Source of the DNA: Candidatus Chisholmbacteria bacterium RIFCSPHIGHO2_01_FULL_52_32 | Lineage (GTDB): Bacteria; Patescibacteriota; Microgenomatia; UBA1400; Chisholmbacteraceae | Length of the DNA: 64,000 nt | Assembly: GCA_001816585.1 (NCBI GenBank) | Contig: MHCJ01000001.1 | Location: 21,538-85,537 of the forward strand | Direction: 5' to 3' | Shown: positions 7,832 to 15,966 of the stretch, in pieces | Numbering within the stretch: the first letter of the stretch is position 1 | How the letters are laid out: each line of letters begins with the position of its first letter | Program-made: the position numbers and the translations under genes | Notes under the pieces: generated by a model | Seen by the model: the letters and a program-made list of their open reading frames with translations, nothing else | What the model was told of the DNA's origin: nothing | Databases searched by the model: none

Positions 7832-10675
7832 ATGCCCGACCAACCTCCGATAAAAGAGCCTCCGCCGACATCTCCGCCAATCTCGAAAGAAGGATCCCAG
7901 CCTCTCGAGAGCCGATTCCAAAACTACCTCACCCTCCGTCGCCATATTAATGACCAATTCCTCATCAACGCCTCGGCGAAGGCCTCGCCGTTCTTATCCT
8001 CCGAGGTCAACCCCGCCCTCACCCAAACTGCTGCACATATCATTGGCCAACGCGCCATCCGCTATCTCCCGGAAGGGGACATCACTCAACCCGACCTCAT
8101 TCAGGCTATCCTGGCCGCCCAAAATGAGCTTGCCGATCGCGAGGTCTGGTTTGCGGCAACCCTTCCCAATAAAACCGATCGGAAGATCCTCGCCGAAACC
8201 ATAAGCCTTACGATAAGTCCTTCGCAAGCCCAGGCCGCGGTCCAGGAAGAAGCCGCCTTTGCCCAAGCGACACTCGATGATCTTCCCGAAAAACAAACTG
8301 CCATAGCCCAGATCGAAGCGGAACTGGTCAATGCCGGTGTCGATCCCAAAAAAAGCAAAACCCTGGCAACCCAGTTGAACACCCGCTTCGAAACTTGGTC
8401 CGAAAGAAGCCAAGCCGCTACCCCCCCACCCGTCATCCATGCCTTCGTCCGTCAAGCCGTTGGGCGCAGGATTGAAAACACACAAAATCTCTCGGAACGG
8501 TTGGCTCAAAAAGACGGTTTACACCAACGCACCGAGGCGATTGGTCACAACGCGGACAAAGGCCTCTCCTCGATCAAAAAAGGCCTCAAGATCACCGGCA
8601 GATTCCCGACCTCTCCGGGACTGCAAAAGGTCGGCAGGGTCCTCAAAGCCGGGGATATTATCAGCCACCCATTCTTCTACGCCAGAAGAGCCATTACTTT
8701 CCCCTTCCGCTATCTCGGCAGACAGATTGCCAGGCCGATGGTAAAGTTCGCCAAACGCACCGCCATCAAAGTGACATCCTGGACCGTGAAAAGGGTGGCC
8801 GCCTTCCTCGTCAAGGTCGGCCTCGGTTCTCTGGTCCGCTATGCGGAAGAGCTCGCCCTCGCCGGTACAGGCTTCGGCCTCCCCCTCGCCATCGCCCAAG
8901 AGCTCTTCTTCATCGGAACCGGAAAGTTCTTCAAGACCGTTAAACGAATAGCCAATGACTATAAAGAAACCTTCCGTGAGGGTATGCGAAACCCGCTCCT
9001 GGGTAGTCTGAAGTTTATCGGAACAGTAGCTGATCACGGCAGTAGCGTGGTCTTCGGCTCAGCCGGAGCCGTCCTCGGTACAGTATCGGGCGTCGCGATC
9101 GGTGCCCTGATCGGCTCGGTCGTTCCGGTTGTGGGTACCATCATCGGCGGTATCATCGGCGGCATTGCCGGAGGCGTCTTCGGCGCCGGCGTTGGGGCGG
9201 ACTTCGGCTACAAGCTGCGCAAAAGAGTTGAGAAAATGCTCAAAGCCAGGCTTGTCCTCTACCTCCTCATGAAAGCTCTCATCGCGAAACTCACCGGTGT
9301 TGTCGTCGGCTTTGGCCTAGGCGGCGTGCTCGGCTTTTTGTTGTCGGGAGGAAACCCATTAGGAGCTGTCCTCGGCGGCCTGACCGGAGGCTTCATCGGA
9401 GCCAACGCCCCGCAAATCCTCCAAGCGGTCAAGAATTTCGTCCTCAATGCCTGGCAATCAGCCTCCGGGGCCTTCCAGTCCCTCACCGCCGGACCGGGGC
9501 TTGTTTCCCAAACCGTTTCTGGGGTCGGTAACCTTCTCGGGCAAATACCATCCACCATTGCCAAAGGCTTCAACACCGCCACCGGCTGGATCAGCGGAAC
9601 AACCGTCAACACCGCCGCCACCGCGGAAAGTATCGGCGGCCAGATATTAACGACCGGTCCCTCGGCAACCCTCGTAGCCACACCGATCGCCACGGTCGGC
9701 CTTGTCACGCTCTTCTCCCTTATTGCCTACTCAGTCTTAACCGCCGCCTTCTTCGTCCCCCCGACCGAAGTCACTCCATTTTATGACGATCCCTCAAGAT
9801 TTATAAAGATCAGAAAACAAGCTTGCGTTGCCGGTACAGCCCCATTTGGATGTACACAAAACCAAATGAACCTCCCCAACCCGACCGAACAAGGCCCCTA
9901 CACCATCACCTACACCATCACCGTTGAGGCAACCGACCGCACCCTCACCGCCGTCACCATCAAGGACGAGTACACCAGCTTCGGCCGGTACCAAAGCCCT
10001 ACCAAAGCCCCAGAGGCTCCGCCCGCTCCCCCAGCCAGAACCTGGGACGGGGGAATTGTCATCCAAAACGGGCGACCCTGGACAACCACCCTAACCGTAA
10101 GCATTCCCAAAGCCACTATCTGGGACGATGCCATCCTCACCAATACGGTCACCGTCACGGCCACCGTTGAAGGTTTCTCTGATGAAGTAACCAACTCTAA
10201 GTCAGTCACCCTCATCTTCGGCAACCCACCCTTCTGCCCTCCGAATGGAGATCCTCTCGACAATCCATATTCCGTATCCGGGTATAGATACCTGAATCCT
10301 CTTTTCCATACTGGAGTCGATATCACCAATGGCTTCGGCAACCCGATATATTCAACCTTCCCTTGCCAGGCGCAAGTGGTCTTTTCCGGCTGGGGCACTG
10401 GTGGTTTCGGCTACTTCGTTGCGTTGCAAAGCGGGACTTGGTTTGCCTTCTATCCCCACATGGCCACCGATCCAGATGTCGGTGTAGGCGATATTGTCGG
10501 ATTCGGCACCGTGCTTGGGGCAGTGGGCAGCACCGGTAACTCTAGCGGCCCCCATCTCCATTACGAGATTAGAGACGGCACAAAAGGTGCTGTAAATCCA
10601 GCCGATAACTATCAACCACCCCTCACTGTCAATCCCTGCGACTTTGGTATAAATCCAACGAATTCATGTAACTGA
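7832..10675 (+). CDS. large membrane protein with glycine-zipper TM region and C-terminal M23/LytM peptidase domain; putative T4SS-associated cell-wall hydrolase (VirB1/PrgK/TcpG analogue)
   Basis: 947 aa. Middle region has multiple GxxxG-rich TM helices (GAVLGTVSGVAIGALIGSVVPVVGTIIGGIIGGIAGGVFGAGVGA). A Thr-rich beta-repeat region follows. C-terminus carries the M23 motifs HTGVDI...GYFVALQSG...GSTGNSSGPHLHYEI. Confidence 0.7.
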   Translation: MPDQPPIKEPPPTSPPISKEGSQPLESRFQNYLTLRRHINDQFLINASAKASPFLSSEVNPALTQTAAHIIGQRAIRYLPEGDITQPDLIQAILAAQNELADREVWFAATLPNKTDRKILAETISLTISPSQAQAAVQEEAAFAQATLDDLPEKQTAIAQIEAELVNAGVDPKKSKTLATQLNTRFETWSERSQAATPPPVIHAFVRQAVGRRIENTQNLSERLAQKDGLHQRTEAIGHNADKGLSSIKKGLKITGRFPTSPGLQKVGRVLKAGDIISHPFFYARRAITFPFRYLGRQIARPMVKFAKRTAIKVTSWTVKRVAAFLVKVGLGSLVRYAEELALAGTGFGLPLAIAQELFFIGTGKFFKTVKRIANDYKETFREGMRNPLLGSLKFIGTVADHGSSVVFGSAGAVLGTVSGVAIGALIGSVVPVVGTIIGGIIGGIAGGVFGAGVGADFGYKLRKRVEKMLKARLVLYLLMKALIAKLTGVVVGFGLGGVLGFLLSGGNPLGAVLGGLTGGFIGANAPQILQAVKNFVLNAWQSASGAFQSLTAGPGLVSQTVSGVGNLLGQIPSTIAKGFNTATGWISGTTVNTAATAESIGGQILTTGPSATLVATPIATVGLVTLFSLIAYSVLTAAFFVPPTEVTPFYDDPSRFIKIRKQACVAGTAPFGCTQNQMNLPNPTEQGPYTITYTITVEATDRTLTAVTIKDEYTSFGRYQSPTKAPEAPPAPPARTWDGGIVIQNGRPWTTTLTVSIPKATIWDDAILTNTVTVTATVEGFSDEVTNSKSVTLIFGNPPFCPPNGDPLDNPYSVSGYRYLNPLFHTGVDITNGFGNPIYSTFPCQAQVVFSGWGTGGFGYFVALQSGTWFAFYPHMATDPDVGVGDIVGFGTVLGAVGSTGNSSGPHLHYEIRDGTKGAVNPADNYQPPLTVNPCDFGINPTNSCN

Positions 10676-10680
10676 AGGGG

Positions 10681-10686
10681 TATAAT
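10681..10686 (+). promoter_or_regulatory. TATAAT -10 box 8 nt upstream of ATG 10695 (would give a leaderless transcript)
   Basis: GGGGTATAATAAAAACCGATG read directly. Lies in the 19-nt gap after the upstream stop. Confidence 0.3.
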
Positions 10687-10694
10687 AAAAACCG

Positions 10695-11759
10695 ATGCAA
10701 TATCGTCTTTCACTCTCCACATTGAAAAGGATCCTCTCCGTAAAAACGGCTCTGTTAATCCTTCTCGTGATTATAATTTTCACCTTAATCGTAGTTATCC
10801 AAAGAGCGCGTCGGAAAGAAACACAACCTCCGGGGGTAAACCCCACATTCGGAGATATTCCTGCCCCAAAACCATCGTACGTTTCCCAGATGAAACCACC
10901 TCAATCAACCGAACTAACACCAGATGAGCAAATCAACCTCAGTGAAACTGCCACTGTCTTCCGACGCGCCTCAACCACACTGACCGATAAACAGGCCAGA
11001 GATATCGCACGTTCATTCGGAATCTCAGGAGAACCCCTGACCTCAAAAACCTCTGTAACATTCCGTGAGAATAACCGCGTGCTTATCGTCAGCTTCAAAA
11101 AAGGTTCGCTTTCATACTTCGAACCCTTGCAGGAGTATCTGAAAGACTTCAGACAGAAAGCCTTGGAAGATTATGCTCTGATTCTCCTCAAACAGCTTTA
11201 CCCCGGGGATCCGCTTTGGGCAAACCCAAAAGTCAAGACTGGTTTCTTCACCATCATTGAGATGCAAGACTTCAAACCCACTGCTCCAAATAAAGCCGAT
11301 CTTGCAATCGTCGATCTTTATCCCACAATCGAGGGACTAAGCATTGTTGGCCCCTTCGATCCCTTCGGACACACCGGAATGGTAAGTATACAATTCAATA
11401 AAAGAGACGGCAGCCTCGTGTTAAACGGCCTGCCAACAGGACTGAACACAGCCCAGGTTGGTACCTATCCGCTGAAGAGCCTTGACGCAGTCCAAGAGGA
11501 AATCAAGCTTGGCCAAGTAACGTTAACTGCCACCATTCCTGAAGGGCAAACCCCAAAAAGCGTGGACTGGGGACAAAACCTCGATCCAACCAAGGCTAGC
11601 TTTACTTCAATCGAACTGGTCTACTACTATGATCCCGATCCTAACGCTTTCCTTCAGCCTATATACCTTTTTTCCGGAAAAACCACCCTTACCGACGGAC
11701 GCCCCGCCAACATTTTCGCCATCCTCCCCGCCATCGACCCCCAATACCTCAAGCCCTAA
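10695..11759 (+). CDS. bitopic membrane-anchored protein (N-terminal TM, ~300-aa extracytoplasmic domain); possible VirB8/TcpC-like
   Basis: TM helix ALLILLVIIIFTLIVVI near the N-terminus. Size and topology resemble TcpC/VirB8-type proteins, but no motif-level support. Confidence 0.5.
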   Translation: MQYRLSLSTLKRILSVKTALLILLVIIIFTLIVVIQRARRKETQPPGVNPTFGDIPAPKPSYVSQMKPPQSTELTPDEQINLSETATVFRRASTTLTDKQARDIARSFGISGEPLTSKTSVTFRENNRVLIVSFKKGSLSYFEPLQEYLKDFRQKALEDYALILLKQLYPGDPLWANPKVKTGFFTIIEMQDFKPTAPNKADLAIVDLYPTIEGLSIVGPFDPFGHTGMVSIQFNKRDGSLVLNGLPTGLNTAQVGTYPLKSLDAVQEEIKLGQVTLTATIPEGQTPKSVDWGQNLDPTKASFTSIELVYYYDPDPNAFLQPIYLFSGKTTLTDGRPANIFAILPAIDPQYLKP

Positions 11760-11785
11760 ACCCCCTACCCTCAACCCTCTCCCCT

Positions 11786-11794
11786 TGCTATAAT
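11786..11794 (+). promoter_or_regulatory. extended -10 promoter TGcTATAAT
   Basis: TTGCTATAATG read directly. An imperfect hairpin follows (AAGGAGTAAGTG ... CACTTATTCCTT), ending just before ATG 11875. Confidence 0.35.
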
Positions 11795-11874
11795 GCCCTT
11801 GTGAGAAAGAGTAAGGAGTAAGTGTAAAGTCGTTAAAGACTTACCACCTATTCCTATTCACTTATTCCTTGTTT

Positions 11875-12978
11875 ATGGAACAGCACCCCGTCCCCCAGCA
11901 AATCTCCGCCTACCACTTTCGCTTGGTTGGCGACATGACCATCAAACAATTCGTCGAGCTTGCCGGCGGCATCGTCGTCGGCTGGGTCATCTACTCCCTC
12001 CCCGTCCACGCGATCCTCCGCTGGCCCCTGGTGATTTTCTCGGTGTTCGTCGGCATCGCCCTGGCCTTCCTCCCCTTTGAAGAGCGGCCTCTGGATCGCT
12101 GGTTTTTTGCCTTCATCAAAGCCATCTACTCCCCAACCCAGCTCCTCTGGAGAAAGGCGCCAATCGTTCCCGCCTTCTTCGAAGAAATACAGGTTTCCGC
12201 ACCATCCGCCGCGGAAGAAAGGAGCGGTGCTGACAAAACCAGGCTCCAAGAATACTTGGAAACCCTCCCGGCCCAAGGACCCATGACAAACATCGATAAA
12301 AAAGAGCTGCACTTCGTCTCGGACATCATGAAGCTCTATTTAGAAGTCCAACCCACCACCATCCAAGCCGTTCGTCCGGCTCGCCCGATCCTTGAGGAAG
12401 AACGCGTTCCTAAGGTAGCGGTCCGCAAGCTCAAAACCCCGCCGCTTGATCCCCGCGCGATTATGCGGGGCGAAATCATCATGCCCAAGCGCACTTCTGG
12501 TAAACCGAGGAAAATTCAGATTCCCAAATTCGAACCGATCGAGGTAGACAAGTTCGCGGGGGTCCTCCCCACCCCACCTTCTCCTATTTCCCCGCAGGAG
12601 ACCCCAGCCCTCGATTTGGGAGGAATTTCCCCGGCCGCCACCATCAGGCCGAAACAACCCCAAAGACCTTCCGTCCAGGCAAGCGTCCGCCCGGACCTCC
12701 CCATCCCAACTCCCCCGACCGAACCGAACGTCCTTGTTGGCATGGTGGTCGACAGAGAAGGGAATATTCTCGATAACACCATCGTGACAATCAGAACTAA
12801 GGAAGGAAATATCGCTCGTGCCCAGAAGACCAACAAAATCGGTCAATTCTTTATCATCACCCCCCTCGAAAACGGAACCTACGCGGTCGAAGTTGAGCGG
12901 GAGGGCTTCACCTTTGATATAATCAAAATCGAGCTTATCGGAAAACCGGTCCCGCCAATCGATATCCGCGCCAAATAA
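11875..12978 (+). CDS. VirB3/PrgI-like 2-TM protein fused to a C-terminal carboxypeptidase-regulatory-like (prealbumin-fold) domain
   Basis: N-terminal hairpin of two TM helices (GGIVVGWVIYSLPV...LVIFSVFVGIALAFLPF) sits immediately upstream of the VirB4 genes, as PrgI/VirB3 does. A Pro-rich linker follows. C-terminus VGMVVDREGNILDNTIVTIRTKEGN...GTYAVEVEREGFTF resembles a CarboxypepD_reg beta-sandwich. Confidence 0.5.
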   Translation: MEQHPVPQQISAYHFRLVGDMTIKQFVELAGGIVVGWVIYSLPVHAILRWPLVIFSVFVGIALAFLPFEERPLDRWFFAFIKAIYSPTQLLWRKAPIVPAFFEEIQVSAPSAAEERSGADKTRLQEYLETLPAQGPMTNIDKKELHFVSDIMKLYLEVQPTTIQAVRPARPILEEERVPKVAVRKLKTPPLDPRAIMRGEIIMPKRTSGKPRKIQIPKFEPIEVDKFAGVLPTPPSPISPQETPALDLGGISPAATIRPKQPQRPSVQASVRPDLPIPTPPTEPNVLVGMVVDREGNILDNTIVTIRTKEGNIARAQKTNKIGQFFIITPLENGTYAVEVEREGFTFDIIKIELIGKPVPPIDIRAK

Positions 12979-12996
12979 GCGAAAGGGTTAATTTTT

Positions 12997-13023
12997 AACT
13001 TTTCACTTTTAACTTTTAACTAT
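12997..13023 (+). promoter_or_regulatory. recurrent upstream motif copy C (AACTTTTCACTTTTAACTTTTAACTAT)
   Basis: Ends 4 nt before ATG 13028. No SD. Confidence 0.45.
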
Positions 13024-13027
13024 TTCC

Positions 13028-13978
13028 ATGGCTCCCGCCCCAATCCAAGCCTCAACCCAAGAACACCTCGAACTTGAGGATATCATCGACAATCTCATCA
13101 TTTTAAAAGACGGCTCTGCCGCCATGATTATCACCACGACGGCCGTCAACTTCGGTCTCCTCTCAGAATCAGAGCAGGACGCAACCATCTACGCCTACGC
13201 CGCGCTGTTGAACTCCCTCACCTTTCCCATCCAGGTCCTCATCCGCTCAAACCGAAAGGACATCACCGGCTACGAAAAGCTTCTCTCCGAGCAGGAAGCC
13301 CGGACTCCCAAGCCGGAGAACAAAGAGCGCATCCGAAAATATCGGGAGTTTATCCAAGAAACCGTCCGTCAACGGAATGTGCTGGACAAAAAGTTCTATA
13401 TCATCATTCCGTTCTCCGTGCTCGAACTGGGAGTGGCCAAATCCGCCTCAGCCATCGCCAAAGGCACCCGCCACACCCTTCCCTTTCCGAAGGACTACAT
13501 CGCCGGTCGAGCCAAGGTTGCCCTTGAACCAAAGCGCGACCACCTCCTTCACCAGCTAGCCAGGCTCGGTCTGCGCGCAAGGCAACTCACCACCAAAGAG
13601 CTGATTCAGCTCATGTTTGAAATCTACAATCCCGAAAGTGCCCAAGGACAGCTTCTCGCTCCTCCGGAGGAGTATCAAACTCCCCTTGTTCGAGCGGCCA
13701 TCGCTTTCCAGGAGCTCCCCCAAATCGAACCCCCCCAACCGCAACCGGCAAAACCGCCTTTCCAAGCCCCTCCTCCGCCCTTAAACCCATTACCGGGAAG
13801 TCAGCCTCAAGTAGTAAGAGAAAATCCTGGACTATCCCAATCCGGCCCCCAAATCACAAGGGAAAATGCCCCGCCTGCTCCCCCCCAAACAACAATCGGA
13901 GATTCAGGCTTTGAGAAACAAGCCCAATCGACCATCGATTCAGCGATGAGCGGTGTCAATGTGAAGGAGGAAGTCTAA
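13028..13978 (+). CDS. VirB4/TrbE N-terminal-domain protein with Pro-rich C-terminal tail (apparent N-terminal half of a split VirB4)
   Basis: LEDIIDNLIILKDGSAAMIITTTAVNFGLLSESEQDATIYAYAALLNSLTFPIQVLIRS follows the l.KDGs...fe..G.dle..s..E.......N.aL..L pattern of TraC/TrbE/VirB4 N-termini. Stop TAA 13976-13978 overlaps ATG 13978 of the next ORF (TAATG). Confidence 0.55.
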   Translation: MAPAPIQASTQEHLELEDIIDNLIILKDGSAAMIITTTAVNFGLLSESEQDATIYAYAALLNSLTFPIQVLIRSNRKDITGYEKLLSEQEARTPKPENKERIRKYREFIQETVRQRNVLDKKFYIIIPFSVLELGVAKSASAIAKGTRHTLPFPKDYIAGRAKVALEPKRDHLLHQLARLGLRARQLTTKELIQLMFEIYNPESAQGQLLAPPEEYQTPLVRAAIAFQELPQIEPPQPQPAKPPFQAPPPPLNPLPGSQPQVVRENPGLSQSGPQITRENAPPAPPQTTIGDSGFEKQAQSTIDSAMSGVNVKEEV

Positions 13979-15930
13979 TGCCCGCCCTCGACATCATCCA
14001 AAAAATCCTCCCTGGGGCAAAACCAAAAGAAGGCCCCCAAGTTTCCCAACCAGGGGCAACACCGGGGAAAAATCCCGTCACCTCCACAAAATCGCGGGCC
14101 GTCGCCCAAAAGCTCGGCACGGGCATGGTCTCCATTCAAGACATCATTGCTCCCGAATCAATTGATGTGGACTTTTCACACTTAAAAATCGGTAATGCCT
14201 ATGTCAGAACCCTCTTTGTCGCTGGCTACCCCAGGTTCGTCAGCGCCAATTGGTTGGCTCCCTTGATAAACTTCGAGCACTCTCTCGATGTATCAATGTT
14301 CATCTATCCTGTCGAGGGCCGCGAGGTCCTCGATGAGCTCAGGCGGAAAATTGGCGAGATGGAGGCGGAAATCGAATCAGATCTCAAGCGCGGTCATATC
14401 GCCGTGGTTGATACGGAAATAAAGCTTGCCGATGCCAAGGCTCTCCAAGAAGAGCTCGCCAAAGGGGCGGAGCGCTTTTTCCAGTTCGGACTCTACGCCA
14501 CCATCACGGCAGTAACACTCGACGAGCTCAGCTCCACCACCAGAAGGGTCCAATCGCTCCTGGGCTCTCTGCTCATCATTTCCAAATCCGCAACCCTCCA
14601 AATGGAGGAAGGCTTCAAAACCACCCTTCCCCTCGGTCAAGACCGCCTTGTGATTACCCGCAATATGGATACCACCTCCCTTGCCACAACCTTTCCCTTC
14701 ACGTCTTCCGAGCTTACCGCCAACGAAGGCATTATGTATGGAATAAACGAACACAACGATTCCCTCATTATCTTCGACCGATTTAGCCTGGAAAATGCCA
14801 ACATGGTCATTTTCGGGAAAAGCGGTTCAGGGAAAAGCTTCTTTGAGAAACTCGAAATCATGCGCTCCTTAATGTTCGGGGTCGAAGTGATCGTCATCGA
14901 TCCCGAAGAAGAATATCGCCGGCTCTGCGATGCCCTTGGGGGAACCTACATTGACTTTGGCTACAATGCACCGGCGAAAATCAACCCCTACGACCTCTCC
15001 GCAATCTACGAGGAAGGGGAAAACGAGCTTGGTCTAAAAATCCTCTCCCTCCATGGACTATTAAAGGTGATGCTTGGCGATGTAACACCGAACGAAGAGG
15101 CAATCCTCGACAGAGCCCTCATTGGCACGTACAAAGCCCGAGGTATCACCCCGGATCCCGCTACCCAACGGAACGAACCGCCACTCATGGAGGACCTCTA
15201 TAAGACACTCATTGGCATGGAGGAAGCCACGGCCAAAGGGCTTTCCGACAGGCTCGAGAAATATGTCAAAGGATCATTCAGAAGCTTCTTCGATCAACAG
15301 TCCAACGTCGACCTGAAGAATTCCCTCACGGTTTTCTCTCTCAAAGAGCTGGAGAACGAAACTCGCCCGATCATCATGTACATCATCCTCGACTACATCT
15401 GGACTAAAGTGAAACGGGATATGAAAAAGCGCCTGGTCGTCGTCGATGAAGCCTGGTACCTGATGAAAAACGCGGACTCGGCTACCTTCCTCTACTCAAT
15501 CGCGAAACGGGCCCGCAAATACTTCCTCGGCCTCACCACCATCACCCAAGACGTCGAAGATTTCCTTGGATCTGACTACGGACACGCAATTATCACCAAC
15601 TCCTCAATCCAGATCCTATTCAAGCAGTCATCGGCCGCCATCGAGCGTCTCGCCGAAGCCTTTTACCTCTCAGAGGGAGAAAAGCATCTCCTTTTGGCCG
15701 CTGATGTTGGCGAGGGATTGTTTTTTGCCGGGCAAAACCACGTAGCCATGCGCGTTGTCGCCTCATCCGAGGAACATCACCTCATCACCACCAAACCCCA
15801 AGAGCTTGTAGAGCTGGAAAGAGAAAAAGAAGAAACCTCCCCCCGAACGACCGCAGCAGTTCCCCGCCCGGGGGAACGGCCGACCCCAACCAACCCACAG
15901 CCCAAAGGGCCTCCCGCTACCAGCTACTAG
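13978..15930 (+). CDS. virB4: VirB4/TrbE/CagE-family T4SS ATPase (PrgJ/TcpF-like)
   Basis: Walker A IFGKSGSGKSFF; Walker B LVVVDEAWYL. Core region RTLFVAGYPRFVSANWLAPLINFEHSLDVSMFIYP matches the CagE_TrbE_VirB domain. 650 aa. Confidence 0.85.
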   Translation: MPALDIIQKILPGAKPKEGPQVSQPGATPGKNPVTSTKSRAVAQKLGTGMVSIQDIIAPESIDVDFSHLKIGNAYVRTLFVAGYPRFVSANWLAPLINFEHSLDVSMFIYPVEGREVLDELRRKIGEMEAEIESDLKRGHIAVVDTEIKLADAKALQEELAKGAERFFQFGLYATITAVTLDELSSTTRRVQSLLGSLLIISKSATLQMEEGFKTTLPLGQDRLVITRNMDTTSLATTFPFTSSELTANEGIMYGINEHNDSLIIFDRFSLENANMVIFGKSGSGKSFFEKLEIMRSLMFGVEVIVIDPEEEYRRLCDALGGTYIDFGYNAPAKINPYDLSAIYEEGENELGLKILSLHGLLKVMLGDVTPNEEAILDRALIGTYKARGITPDPATQRNEPPLMEDLYKTLIGMEEATAKGLSDRLEKYVKGSFRSFFDQQSNVDLKNSLTVFSLKELENETRPIIMYIILDYIWTKVKRDMKKRLVVVDEAWYLMKNADSATFLYSIAKRARKYFLGLTTITQDVEDFLGSDYGHAIITNSSIQILFKQSSAAIERLAEAFYLSEGEKHLLLAADVGEGLFFAGQNHVAMRVVASSEEHHLITTKPQELVELEREKEETSPRTTAAVPRPGERPTPTNPQPKGPPATSY

Positions 15931-15966
15931 TAGGGCACCAGGCACTCGTCGCCTGATACTCTATCC

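Noticed and set aside
7994-9037. Minus-strand ORFs 7994..8509, 8101..8436 and 8519..9037
   Set aside because: Antisense to the 947-aa M23 gene. Composition is typical of shadow ORFs.
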